A DNA stretch of 64,000 bases from NCBI GenBank assembly GCA_013239625.1, contig MU053881.1, positions 6,409,957-6,473,956 on the forward strand, read 5' to 3'. Under the pieces are notes generated by a model, which did not search any database, had not been told where the DNA came from, and saw only the letters and a program-made list of their open reading frames with translations. The first letter of the stretch is position 1; the number at the start of each line of letters is the position of its first letter. The DNA comes from Lama guanicoe (taxonomy: Eukaryota). Both the position numbers and the translations under genes were made by a program. This document shows positions 27,570 through 40,289 of this stretch, in pieces.

Positions 27570-30500
27570 TAGTGAATAAACTAAATACTTCAATTAAAAG
27601 ACAGAGATGGTCAGAAACGATTTTTTAAAGGAAAACCTATACACTGTCTATAAGAGACACAATTTAAAAATAAAAAGACAGATTAAAAGTAAATGGATAG
27701 TTAAGGATATACCATGTAAACAGAAAGCATAAGGCGGCACTGGCAATAGTAATACCAAATGTGGTAGATTTCAAGACAAAAGAGTCAATTAATAAGAAAG
27801 AAAAAAAATTAAAAAATTATACATGTCTAAACGAAGCAAAAATTCAAACTTAAAAGTAGTACAGACAATTCCACAATCATATCTGGGGATTTTAATACCT
27901 CTTTTCTCTCTAAATAATAGAAATAGACCAAAAAAACCCCCCAAAATCAGGAAAGACAAAGAACTTGTGCCAATACTATTAACCATCTTGATTTAATCTC
28001 TATTTACAGACTATACCCAACTATGGTAAAATACACATTCTTTTCCAGTGTACATAGTATGTTTGCCAGAAGAGACCATATGTTGGGTGATAAAACAAGT
28101 CTCAATAAACTGAAAAATCTGAAATCATATAAAATATTTTGACCAAGGTAGAATTAAATTAGAAATTAGTAACAATAAGACAAGTAGGAAAGCCCTAAAT
28201 ATTTGGAGATAAAAGCATACTTCTAAATAATCCATGAATTAACAAAGAAATAATAGACTAGAAAATATTTTTAACTAAATGATAATAAAATAAAAGATCA
28301 AAATTTATGAGATGCCACTAAAGCATGCGCAAAGTGAAATTTATAGCTTTACATGTTTTTATTAGAAAATATAAAAATCTAAAAATCTAAGATGTGAAGC
28401 CTCTATTCAAAATTAGAGGAAAAAGGACAAATAAAATCAAACATATGAGGCAGAAAATACTCCCCCTAAAAACCTTATAAAAATGAACAAATAAACAAAC
28501 AAAAAATAAAGAAAATCAGTGAAACCACAGTTGATTTCTTGAAAAGATTAACAAAATTGATAAATACCTAGTTGGGTCTATCAGGGAAAAAAGAGACAAA
28601 GGGCAAAAATGATCAATATCAAGAAAGAAGAGGTGGGAGGGAGAAATGGGTGAAGCAGGTCAAAAGGTACAAACTTTCAGGTATAAAATAAATAAATTGT
28701 GGGGATGTATTGTACTGCATGGTGACTATAATTAATAATGCTGCATTACATATTTTAAGGTTGCTAAGAGAGTAGATCTCAAAAGTTCTCATCGGAAGAA
28801 AAAAAATTTGTAACAATGTATACATAGTTAACTAGACTTTTTGTGGTGATCATTTCCCAATATATATAATTATTGAATCATTATGTTGTACACCTGAAAC
28901 TAATGTGTTATATGTCAAGTATACCTCAATTTTAAAAACAGAATGAAAGAAAGGACATTATTTCAGATCCTACAGACATTAAAAGAATAATTATAGAATA
29001 TTGGAAATAACTTTATTCTAATAAATTTAAAAACAGAACAAATTCCTTGAAAGACACAAATGACTAAACTTCAACCCAGGTGAAACAGAAAATTTGATTA
29101 GTCCTATACCAATTAATGAAACTGCATTCGTAATTATAAACCTTTCCAGGCCCACTGGCTTCACTGGTAAATTCTATTAAACTCTTAAAAGAAATAATAT
29201 ATACTGCACAAACTCTTTCAGAAAATAAAGAAGGAGAAAGAAATACTTCCTGACTCATTCTGAGGGCAATATTACCCTGTTACTTAAACCAGATAAAATC
29301 ATCACACACAAAAAAAGAAAACTACAAATATCCTTCACGAACATCGATGTAAAATAAAATTTTTGCAAACTGAATCTACTATTATAAAAGGAACAATATA
29401 ATCAAGCAGGATTTACCCTAGGAATGCAAAGCTGGTTTTACAAAGAAATATCAATCAATGTAATTCACTATATTAGCAAAATAAAAAAGAAAATAAAGGT
29501 CACATAAAAAAGCATTCAAAGAAATCAATGCCCCGTTCATTATAAATAGCCAGAGAAATAGAAGTGCACTTCTTCAAATTTATTATATCTTTAAAAAAAA
29601 CCTACAGGTAACATCATACTCAATGGTTAAAAAAAAAAAATCAATGCATTCTATATACAAACAAACAAGGCCAGAATATCTACTCTTACCACTTTTGTTC
29701 AACATTGTACTAAAGGTTCTGCCAGTGGAATAAGGAAAGAAAAAGAAATAAAAGGCATGAAGACAAGACATAAAACTCTTTATTTGCAGATGGCATGATC
29801 ATATACAACAATCCTGAAGAATCTACAGGGAAAAAAAAGCTATTAGAACTAATAAGAAAATTTAGCAAAGTCACAACACAAAGACAAAAATCAGTTCTGG
29901 TCTTACAGAGTAGCAGAGAATAATCAAAATTTACAACAGCATCAGAAATATATAGAGATATACTTAGTGGAAGATTTAAAATATCTGTACACTGAGAACA
30001 ATAAAATATTGCAAAGAAAATTTTAAAACCACCTATATAAGTGGAGCAATATACTATGTCCATGAACTGGGTATCAGGATGGCCCAAATTGATATACAGA
30101 TTGAGGGCACCTCAATCAAAATTCTAAGAATTTTCTTTTTTTAAGAAACTGATAAGCTGATGTTAAAATTAATACAGAAAAGTAAAAAACAAAACTATTT
30201 TGAGAAAGAAGATCAAGATTTGAGGACTTAAATTAACTGATTTCAAGACTGATAAAGTTACAGTAACCAAGACAGTATAACACTGGCATAAGGATAGACA
30301 TATAAATCAATGGTACAGAATAGAGTCCAGAAACAGATCCAAGCCTTTCATGGTCAACTGATTTTTGACAAATGTACATGCTAATTCAATGGGAAAAAAT
30401 ACGAAAGTCTTTTCAGTAAATGGTGCTAGAACAACTCAATAACCGTATGGGCTGGGGAGGAGGCCTTCTCCTTACCTCACATCATTCACAAAAATTAGCC

Positions 30501-31598
30501 CAAAGTGGATCACAGACCTAAACACAGTAGCTAAAACTATTAAACTTCTAGAAGTAAAACTAGAATATCACTGTGACTTTGGTTATACAGGGTTTCTTAA
30601 ATATAAAAGGCACAAAGCATAAAGAAAAAAAATGAAAAAAATCCAATTGAAGGATTTAATCATCAAAATTTAAAACTTTCGCTTTTTGAAAGACAACTGA
30701 AAGGACAAGCCACAGACAGGAAGAAAATATTTGCAAACATATACCTGAAAAAAGGACTATATACAGAATATATAAAACACTCCTACAATTTCAATAATAA
30801 GAATATGTACAAAAGAACAAACAATTCAGTTTAAAAAGTCAAAAAATGGAAACAGACATTTAACAAAAGAATATATAAGAGGCCCCAAAAACAACAACAT
30901 CATTAATTACTGGGGAAACTCAAAGTTTAACCACAGTGAGATACTACTATTAGATATCCAGTAGAATGGCTGAAGAAGACAATATCAAATGATGATGAAG
31001 ATGTGGAGTAAATGAAACTCTCATATACTGTTAATGGGAATGAAAAATGGTATACTCTATAAAACAGCATAGCAAAATCTTATAATATTAAAATACATTT
31101 CTCATATGACCCAGCCATCTGTCTCTGGTATTTATCACAGAGAAATGAAAATTTAATATACAAAGAGTTTTCTGCAAATGTACATAGCACCATTATTCAT
31201 AACAGCCAAAAACTGCAAGTGTAACTCAAATGTCCATCAAGTGGGAAACAGCTAGACAAACTAAGGTAAAGCTATACTATGGAATACTACACAGCAATAA
31301 AAAGGAACATAGTATTTATATATACAATATACTTGAGTGTCAAAAACATTATCCTAAGCAAACAAAGCCAAACACAAAAGATCACTTATTGTATGAGTCC
31401 ACATATACAGAAATCTAAGAGATGAACCACAGTGACAGAAACCAGTGAGTACCTGGGCCAAGAGTTAGGGAAAGTGATCAAAAGGCATGAGAAAATTATT
31501 TACAGAGTGAAGAAAGTGTTATATCTTAAATGTGGTGGTAGTTACATGGTTATGTATCTGCTAAGTTCATCAAATGGTACACTAAAAAAAAAAAAAAA
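27570..31598 (+). mobile_element. Long old L1 (L1MB/MC/MD-type): ORF2 through 3'UTR and poly(A)
   Basis: Endonuclease start (aataaactaaatacttcaattaaaagacagagat), RT FADD region (ttatttgcagatggcatgatcatatac, ~29780), poly(A) at 31584-31598; heavily disrupted. Confidence 0.85.
28620..28938 (+). mobile_element. Nested L1MA9-like 3'UTR fragment
   Basis: ggtcaaaaggtacaaactttcagg...tgttgtacacctgaaactaat...cctcaatttt; host L1 ORF2 resumes at agaatgaaagaaaggacatt. Confidence 0.8.
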
Positions 31599-31599
31599 G

Positions 31600-33475
31600 G
31601 AAAAAGATATTTGCAACTCTTAACACAAGACAAGGGGCTCATTATTCCAAACTATAAAGAGCTCTTACAAATCAATGAGGGAAAAAAAGGAACCAATAAC
31701 CCAATAAAAAATGAGCAAAGAAAATGAACAGTTCTTTTACAGAAAAAGAAGACCAAATAGCTCTTAAATAAACTTAAACAATTCTTAACCTCACTGATAT
31801 GAGAATGTCAAGTTATATACAGAAATCATTTTCACCTGTAAGATTACCAAAAATTCAAAAGCGTGGTAACATTGTCCTGTGAAGGCAATATGTAACTCTC
31901 ATAGATTGTTGGTGGACAAGTAAAATGGTACAGTTCTCACAGAGAGTTAATTTGGCACTATTTATAAAAATTACAAATACATTAACCTTTCCACCCAACA
32001 GTAATTCCACTTCTGGATATTCATCTTATAGATATACCTACACACACGTAAAATGACAAGTACAAGGTTAATCTGCATAGCATTAATTTTAATAGCAGAA
32101 GATGCCAAACAACTCAAATGACTCTCAACAGTGTAGAGAATAGTTAAATAAATTATGATACATTAAAAAAAATGCAAATATCAAATTAAGCATTCTTTAT
32201 ATACTGACTTAAAAATAACTAAAAAATACACTGTTAAATGAGAAAAAGCAAGGAATAGAACATGAGTGTGGTATGCACCATTCTATGTAAATAAGGGGGG
32301 ATAAGAACTTACATGTTCATATATGTATACGAATACAGAAACTTAAGAAAGATGCAAAACTAGTAAGAATCGTCACTTGTTAGAGTGAAGAGGAAAGATT
32401 ACAGGACTGGAACAGAACACATTTTCTTTTTTGTGGACAATGTAAATATAATATCTCTTCAAAAGGACAGGTAAATTAATTAAAGTAAAGCTTGATATGA
32501 AAATAACTAAGAGAACAGACACATTAAAGTTATATGTAAAGACAAGTCACAAACTTGGAGACAATATTTATATTACAAATAACTGAAGGAAGAATTCGTG
32601 TTAAAAATATAAAAGAACTCAACCAGTAAGAGAAAGACCAATAATCCAAATGGCGAGGGGGAAATGAACAAAGGTCACAGACACATATATCACTGATGAT
32701 GTCACAACTAACAGTCAATAAACATTAAAAAATGCTAAACTTCATTAACTATCATGGGAGTGTAAAGTAAGATATGCATGAGGTATATTACCTCAGCTAG
32801 CCTGACAAAAATGTCTAACATTATGAGTTACTGGCACGGATCTAGATCAGAGTGGATGGGATATAAAGTAGTACAATTACTCTGTAAAATAGTCTGGCAT
32901 TATCTACTAAAGCTGGCTATGTTATGAATATGTGTATCAATCTTTACAGCAGCGTTCATTTATTAGTAAAAAACAGAGAAAACACAAATACCCACTGACA
33001 AGAAAATGCATAAATAAACTGCAGGATATTCAAACAAGAGAACTGCAGCAGAACTGCACAAATGAAGGAACTACACCTACAGCATCAATGTGAACTCTCA
33101 TAAATGCAATGCTGAGAAAAAACAGTGAAGCAAGTTGTACAAGAATACATACAGTTTGATTTCATTTGTGTAAAGTTCAGAAATATGCAAAACCATAATT
33201 ATTTTCAGAATATATGCACATGCAATAAAACCATGAAGAAAAGGCTCTTTCTTCATAGATTTATTGCATATGCATATACTCTGAAAATAACTGACAAACA
33301 CAAGCAGCAAGTATTTTCTTGGGTAGGAAGGAAGGAGCAGCAAAGGTATTGATTGATATTGATCTGTTGTTTAAGCTACATGAATGGTGTTTATTATTGC
33401 TAGTCACTAGGTCTCAAAATACATAAATATCCTTTTGTATGTATTTTATATTTCATAATTTTTAAAATCCTACTT
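31600..33475 (+). mobile_element. Two old L1ME-type 3' fragments in tandem
   Basis: Repeated L1 ORF2 C-terminal and 3'UTR motifs (ctcttacaaatcaatgag; aagacaagtcacaaacttggagacaatattt). Confidence 0.65.
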
Positions 33476-34433
33476 AAAAAAATCAATCATGAAGACAAAA
33501 TGCAGCAAAACAAAATGTTAGTATCCCCCCAATTTAATTTATAAATAATGAGATATTAATAAGAGAACATTTAAAGAAGGTTAACTACTCCACTATCTAG
33601 CCCCTCAGCAGTGTTGTGTGACTTAAAAAAAATAAACCAGAGAGATAATGAATAAAAGACATTTTAGAAGAAATGTAAATGTAAAGGATAATTTTTAAAG
33701 AATTTTTTAAAAAAGAGTTTGGATGGAAAATCATTGAAAGTAAGTTAAGTATCATCCCTTATCACCCACTTTCCAAACAAAATAAAATAAACAAATATGA
33801 AAGAAAAAAAATCCTGAAACTATAATTAAAGTGCCTCCTATTAGAAATGAATATAGCCAGTTCCATTCTCAAAAGTCATCTCACTTAAAAATCTGAAAAG
33901 TCTATTTAATTCCCTATGTTCTTGAAAGTATTTAAAGAAACATACAGAAATAAATAAATCCTCCTTCAGTAAAAAATGAAAAATAATGAGGAAATTGAGA
34001 AATTAAAATACAATAATAAAATAAAGCCATGGTGAAGACTAACACACAAATGCAAAATCATGATGAGGTCTTAACATAGTTTTTTACTGGCTAAAATTGG
34101 GCTCTGAATTTGCAGTGAGCTACAGAAGAAGGAATCAGGACTAGTTAAAAGACAGTTATAAGTTAATAAACTCTACTCAAAGATCTTTACCAGCTTTTTT
34201 TCATTCTGATTCCAGAGAGAAATATTTCCTGTGAATCTTATAAAGAACTAAAAATTAATCATCAAGCCACCAAGTTACCCAGAAGATTAATAAAATTAAT
34301 GAATTATTAGAGGACCAGGAATTGGGGGAAATATATAAAAATAAGTTGCAGTAAAATTATTAAATACATTGATTAATGAATCTAAGTAAAATTCAACATA
34401 CTGCCATATAACAGTCATAGAAAATTCACTGAC

Positions 34434-34627
34434 CTTCCTGAATTGTCATGTCCATATTTACTGCAGAAGCTGAATGCAGAAGCTTTTGGTAATTCTGTGC
34501 ATTTTGATCAAATAACTGTACAAGAAGAGTGCACGTCTTTTCATATTCACATCTGCTAACAGTGCACAACTGCTCCAACTGCTGAAACACAGTGGCGGTA
34601 TCATCCAGTGGGTCATCTAAATTATCT
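34434..34627 (-). CDS. RANBP17: RANBP17 coding exon (~exon 12), (R)DNLDDPLDDTATVFQQLEQL...DMTIQE(G)
   Basis: Acceptor TTTTTGTAG|A, donor AAG|GTCAGT; 194 nt, phase 2 to 1; lies within ORF 34426..34683. Confidence 0.96.
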
Positions 34628-34719
34628 CTACAAAAAGAACAGGTTTGCAGACATTTGAATGAGACATACATTTTACTCACCACAAATAAACTTTATTTAT
34701 ATTAAATTGTATCATGGGT

Positions 34720-36712
34720 AAAGAAAAGACATAGATTGGAAGGTAAGAAATGAGATGTCTATATTTGAAAATAATATGATTACATACATAAAATATACCA
34801 AAGTAACGACAATAACGCTACTAGTATTAACAGGTGAGTTTACCAAGGTCCTAGCATACAGGTCAATAAATAGAATTCATTACTATATACTAACAGTGAC
34901 AACTGGAAATTTAAATTTAAAAAGCAGTGTCTTCCAAAGGCACCAGAAAACACAAAATACTAATTAAATCTAATTAAGCATATGTAAGATCTGAACACTG
35001 AATACTACAAAACATTAATAAAAGAAATCACAGAAGAGCTAAATAAAAGATACACACACTCACTGGCTGAAAGACAATATTGCTGAGATGTAAATTCTTC
35101 CTCCAAATTAATCTATAAATTCAATACAATCCTACTCAAAATCCCAGCAAGACTTCTTTGGAGATACTGATAAGATGACTCTTTAATGTATACAGAAAAG
35201 CAAAGGAAGTAAAAAAGTCAAAACAATTTTCAAAGGGGGGAACCAAGGTGGAAGACTCACACTTTGATTTCAAAGCTTATTATAAGACTACAGTACTCAA
35301 GGCAGGGTATTGGCAGAAGAAGAAACACATAGATTAATGAGAAGAGAGTCCAGAAATAGAACTGTACGTATGTGGTCAATTAACTTTTGAAAAGAGTATG
35401 AAGGCAATTCAATGGAGAAAGGATAGTCTTTTCCACAAATTGGTCATGCATATGCAAAAAGATAAAAAAAAATTCAGCCTTACCTATCACATACAAAAAT
35501 TAACTTCAAATGGGATCAGGAACCTAAGTTTGTTTTAGCAGGGAGGTAATTAGGTTTTTTAATTTATTTTTTAGAAGAGGTACTGAGAATTGAACCCAGG
35601 ACCTCGTGCATGCTAAGCATGCACTCTACCACTTGACCTATACCCTCCCTCCAATCCAGGGATCTAAATTTAAATTCTAAAACTATAAAACGTCCAGAAG
35701 AAAAAAACAAAGAACAAACTGGACTTCATTAAACTTTAAAACTCCTGCTCTTTGAAAGACTTTGTTAAGAAAATGAAAAGGCAAGCTATGGACTGGGAGA
35801 AAATAACTGCAAAACACATATAATAAAAAAAAAATACAGATCTCTCAAATCTCAATATAATAAAATAAACAACCCAGTTAAAAAAAAATGGGCAACAGAT
35901 TTGACAGGAATTTTACCAAAGAGTATATACAAATGATAAATAAGCACATAAGAAGATATTCATCATTGTTAGTCCTTAAGGGAATGCAATTTAAAACCAT
36001 AATGAACTATCACACCTACTAGAATGACTAAAATTTTTTTAAAAACTGACAATATGAAGTGCTGGTGAGAATGCAGAGTAACTGGATCTTACATTGCTGG
36101 TAGGGATGCAAAATGATACAGGCACTTTGGAAAATAGTTTGGCAATTTCTTACAAAGTAAAACACACACTTACCATGCAACCCAGGAATCTCATACCCAG
36201 GTACATACCCAAGACAAAGAAAAACTTACATTCATACAAAAATCTGTACAAGAACACTTACAGATACTTTATACAAAAGTGGAAAGAGCCCAAATATCCA
36301 TCAACAGGTGAATGGATTAATAAATTGTGATATATCCATAAAATTGAATACTATTCAGCAATAAAAAAGAAAAAACCTACTGGTGCAAAACACAGGAATC
36401 TCAAATGCATCATGCTAAGTGTAAGAAGCCAGACTAGAAGGCTACGCACTATATAATTGCATTTATACAACATTCTGGAAAAGACAAAAATTTTAGGGAA
36501 GCAAAACAAATCAATAATTGCCAGAGGCTGAGGAGTCAGGAAAGGCCTAACTACAAAGGGACCTAAAAGAACTTTTAGAAGTGATGGAACTATTTTATAT
36601 CCTGATTTTGTTGGTAGTTATACACAGCTGTATGCACTTGTCAGACAGAGCTTACAGAACTGTACACCAAAAAGGGTAAATTTCACCATAGGTAAACTGT
36701 ATCTCAATTTTT
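34720..36712 (+). mobile_element. Old L1 (L1MC/MB-type) 3' half
   Basis: ORF 36094..36330 LVGMQNDTGTLENSLA...KWKEPKYPSTGEWINKL matches the L1 ORF2 C-terminus; ends aaactgtatctcaattttt. Confidence 0.85.
35529..35650 (-). mobile_element. vic-1-type camelid tRNA-derived SINE nested in L1
   Basis: Reverse complement AGGGAGGGTATAGGTCAAGTGGTAGAGTGCATGCTTAGCATGCACGAGGTCCTGGGTTCAATTCTCAGTACCTC...AAACCTAATTACCTCCC. Confidence 0.9.
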
Positions 36713-36771
36713 TTTTTTAATTCCAAGATGCAGAAGATGAAAATACAACAAGAACATTTAGTTTTCAATAC

Positions 36772-36944
36772 CTCACAACTATGGCAACAGATTCCAACCG
36801 AGAAGTGATAAAGGCCTTCGTGATTTCTGGTGCATAAGTGTCTAATAAGTGGGGTTCAGTTGATTTCACAAAAGGAACTGATGCTACCATCCTTTGCCAC
36901 AGAGTTAATAAATAATGAACACTGTTGGGAGCAAATTCCCAATG
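36772..36944 (-). CDS. RANBP17: RANBP17 coding exon (~exon 11), [20 protein letters not shown]...RLESVAIVV(R)
   Basis: Acceptor CTTTGTAG|CAT, donor GAG|GTATTG; 173 nt, phase 0 to 2. Confidence 0.96.
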
Positions 36945-37462
36945 CTACAAAGAAATAAAGCAAATGTTACTTAAAATGACCTTATATCCTCCTGGAATAA
37001 AAATTACAGAGGCAAAATTACTAAACATACATTTTGAAATAAACTTTTATTCTAATTATATAACCAATGAACATTTAACATAACAAATTTTGTTAAATGT
37101 TTGTGTACTTCCTTCTGCTCTTCTTTTCATGAATATTTTTCACAGTTGATATTATGAGGAAAATATGACTTTAAAATTTCCCCCCAAACATAGAAAAAAA
37201 ATTTTTCCATAAACTAATCTGTAAAACTTTATTTCTTCACATAAATTTTACTACAGCTCTTGATTTAGTCTTTAATTATTAGATATTTGGATACCCTCTA
37301 AATTTTTATTATTATAAAATTTGCTGCAATTAACTTTTTTACCTAAATCCTTGCAATGAACATTATTAACAAAGGGCTCTAACACTTTTTTTTAAAATTC
37401 CCATCAAAGAAAGGGTTTTAAAACTATCTATAGTTTAACATCAGTTATATATCTTTATTTAC

Positions 37463-37609
37463 CTGTAGGCTAGTAATGGTAAAATTTGCAATCAAGCGAA
37501 TAACTTCAGGATATTCCTTCACCATAACTAATTCTCCCAGCTGATAATTTGTCTTTAAACGGGCCAAAAATCGACAAAATTCATGATAATTACCTGGATC
37601 GGACAAACC
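37463..37609 (-). CDS. RANBP17: RANBP17 coding exon (~exon 10), [27 protein letters not shown]...FTITSLQ
   Basis: Acceptor AATTTAG|GGT, donor CAG|GTAAAT; 147 nt; contains NYHEFCR. Confidence 0.96.
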
Positions 37610-38950
37610 CTAAATTATGGAACAAAAAGAAAAGCTTTTTAAAAATCTTTTAAAAAAACAAACAAGCTAATCCTATTATACCATCAAGAAAATTCTGAGA
37701 GTATTTTCTTAAGTCTCCCAGTTTTCACAGATGCTTACTGTACTTGGTATCAACTGAGTAGTAATCAATGGGAAAAAAAAATGATTCCTACTCGACTATA
37801 ATCTTTTCATAAATAATTAATAATAAGGAATCCAAAGTAGAGGCTTTGGAGGAAGCTTTGACCATGATGATTAAATCATAATGTTTCGGAACACAAAAAT
37901 ATATATTACACAAAATGCATATTACACAAAATAATTTGCATGGGGTAGGGTGTGGAAAAGAGCAATATCACTGGACTTACAGTAAATGGTACATGTACAC
38001 ACACAAATAACAGAAATATCTTTTAATTCAGCAAATATTTATTATCGACAGGCATTATGTCCTCAAACAATTCCCTGTCTCTTAAGTCATTCAAATAAAT
38101 TACTGCAACGAAGAGCAGAAAATTTAACAAAAGTACTACAAGACACAGAGGTAACTTTGCGAGGAGGACAGGTTAAAAGGAAAGACCAAGAAAGGTGCCC
38201 CCAGTGAGCTCCTTGAAGAGAGGGCACATGTGTTATTATCTTTACAGTTTGAGAACTTTGCATTCTATTTGGCATAAAATAGAATTCATAAAATTTAATA
38301 CTATTTAATACTGAAAGAATCTGTAAAAATTTCATTCATATGAGCTCCAGGAAAGAACATAAAATAGTTTCGAATTATTAAGAACCAATTTAAAAAATAC
38401 ATTTTGTACTCATGGCTCTTTTAATACATATTTTTAATTCTAAAAATATATATACATAATCTAACTTTTACAGTCATAAAACATCAACGCGAGGATGATG
38501 GAAAATCAATTACAAGAATTATCTGATATTAGCATACTATCTTCCACATATTTATTGACTGATAATGGTGAGTTAAATGACCAAAAATTTAAGTATATTG
38601 GTAAAATCCCATATTGTCTTCTAGTTTAGATAGTAGGTATAACTGAATTAATCATACCAGTAATTTAAAAAGTACCAGCAAAGAAACGCAGTACAATGGT
38701 AAAAAGCAGAAGTATTCTAAGATATACAATCTCCATTCATATTCACCTAAACGAATGGGGAAAGTAAACAGAACAACACAGAAGTCACTTAGGAAAACAT
38801 CCACTTTTAAAAACTGCCCATTTCTACTACAAATGAGATTTAGGAAAGAATACACCTTTCATTTTCTTCCAGAATCATAATAAAGTCATGTGTTTATTAT
38901 GCACCTTTTAGCAGAAAAGTTAATTATTAATTACATTGCTTGATAAATAC

Positions 38951-39070
38951 CTGAGGGTTTTCAAGTATCCTTTTTACTCCCTTAATTAAATTACCAAGGT
39001 ACTTGGCACGTTCAGGACTGCTAAATAAGGACCTTCTTGTAGAAGCAAATTGAACTAAACATGAAAGTGC
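38951..39070 (-). CDS. RANBP17: RANBP17 coding exon (~exon 9), [40 protein letters not shown]
   Basis: Acceptor GTTTTTAG|GCA, donor CAG|GTATTT; 120 nt. Confidence 0.96.
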
Positions 39071-39974
39071 CTAAAAACAAGAACATTAAAATTCATTTCA
39101 ATTTCAAAAGTAGCCATGGCCCCATGTAAGAACACTAGTCTTTACATAAATACAAACTAACTACCACCTTAAAACCCTAGACTTGAGAGCAAACATGCTT
39201 TAAAAAATGGGTAGGGGGCGTATTCTGGTGAATCTATCCCTCCCTTCTAGGCAATAACGTATGTAAACAAACACCGATATGTGCTTTAAATCTGGAACAT
39301 CTTTTTTTCAGGAAATGGCAATATTAGAACTGCCCAACTTCCACAACCTTAGATATTAAACTGAAAACTTTTTTTTTCAACCTTGCCTGGTCTGTTTTAG
39401 ATTGCAAGATGGGATCTAGAGTCTCAAAGTTCTATATAACCAAAGAGTTTCAAGAATTTTTTAGCACACAATAGAATTTCATTCAAAAAAATAAATGAAC
39501 AACTGGAGTGATAAGCACAAAATCAAGTGGCAGATCCCCTTTGTGTCTCATTTGGAGACATCTGATGTGGGCCGCCTGGCAAACCTGACATGGAGCCAGG
39601 GGGAGCAGAGAGCTAGAGGTTAAGAGAAGGAACGTAATAGGTGGGGTGGCAAACTGCTGGACTGAGGCCCAGAAGAAGGGCTGGAGACTGAGTAGAAAGA
39701 AAGATACTTATTGGTTGACAGGCTGTCTTGGCTATCTATGCACAGGAGCTAAATCACCAGTTATAGATTTGGGGCTCACCAGTGAAACAGCAGGAACCAC
39801 TGACCATAAATAGAGTCTGACAACAGTTTAAGTAATATAAATCCCAGATGATGTAAGAATTTCTTGTGAAAGGTAAACCCAATCAAGAATACATCGAATT
39901 TTTTAAAGTAAATATGTACCACTCTTAGATAAATATCACAGGTACTAGTTCATGAAATAATGAGTTTTACTTAC

Positions 39975-40048
39975 TAACTGAGATAACAGTGGTGGAAGTG
40001 AATGATACAAATTAAAGAAAAGATCCAATGTTTCTGGTTCCAGGAAAA
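39975..40048 (-). CDS. RANBP17: RANBP17 coding exon (~exon 8), (I)FLEPETLDLFFNLYHSLPPLLSQL
   Basis: Acceptor TTTTTTTCAG|TT, donor TTA|GTAAGT; 74 nt, phase 1 to 0. Confidence 0.95.
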
Positions 40049-40289
40049 CTGAAAAAAACAAAACAAAAAAAAAACTAATACCGTTACTTCTAATTCAATG
40101 ACCTTAACATAGTAAGACATTATCATACAAACCAGGAACTTCAAGACCTCTGCATGTGGCCACTCTTCCCAGTTAGGCTTAATTTCTTTTTAATTTCTAG
40201 CTATCTTCTTTGAAAAATGAAATAATACAGAGATAGAAATCAAATAGCTAAGATGTTTCATATTTGTATGTAGCATCTACAGCTCTGAG

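Noticed and set aside
35575..35650. tRNA-Ala-like gene (also at 26175-26249)
   Set aside because: It continues into a SINE body and A-rich tail with disrupted stems, so it is a SINE head
37070..37101. 11-bp stem hairpin aacatttaaca/tgttaaatgtt; similar short palindromes at 52888-52918
   Set aside because: Short and AT-rich or low-complexity; expected by chance
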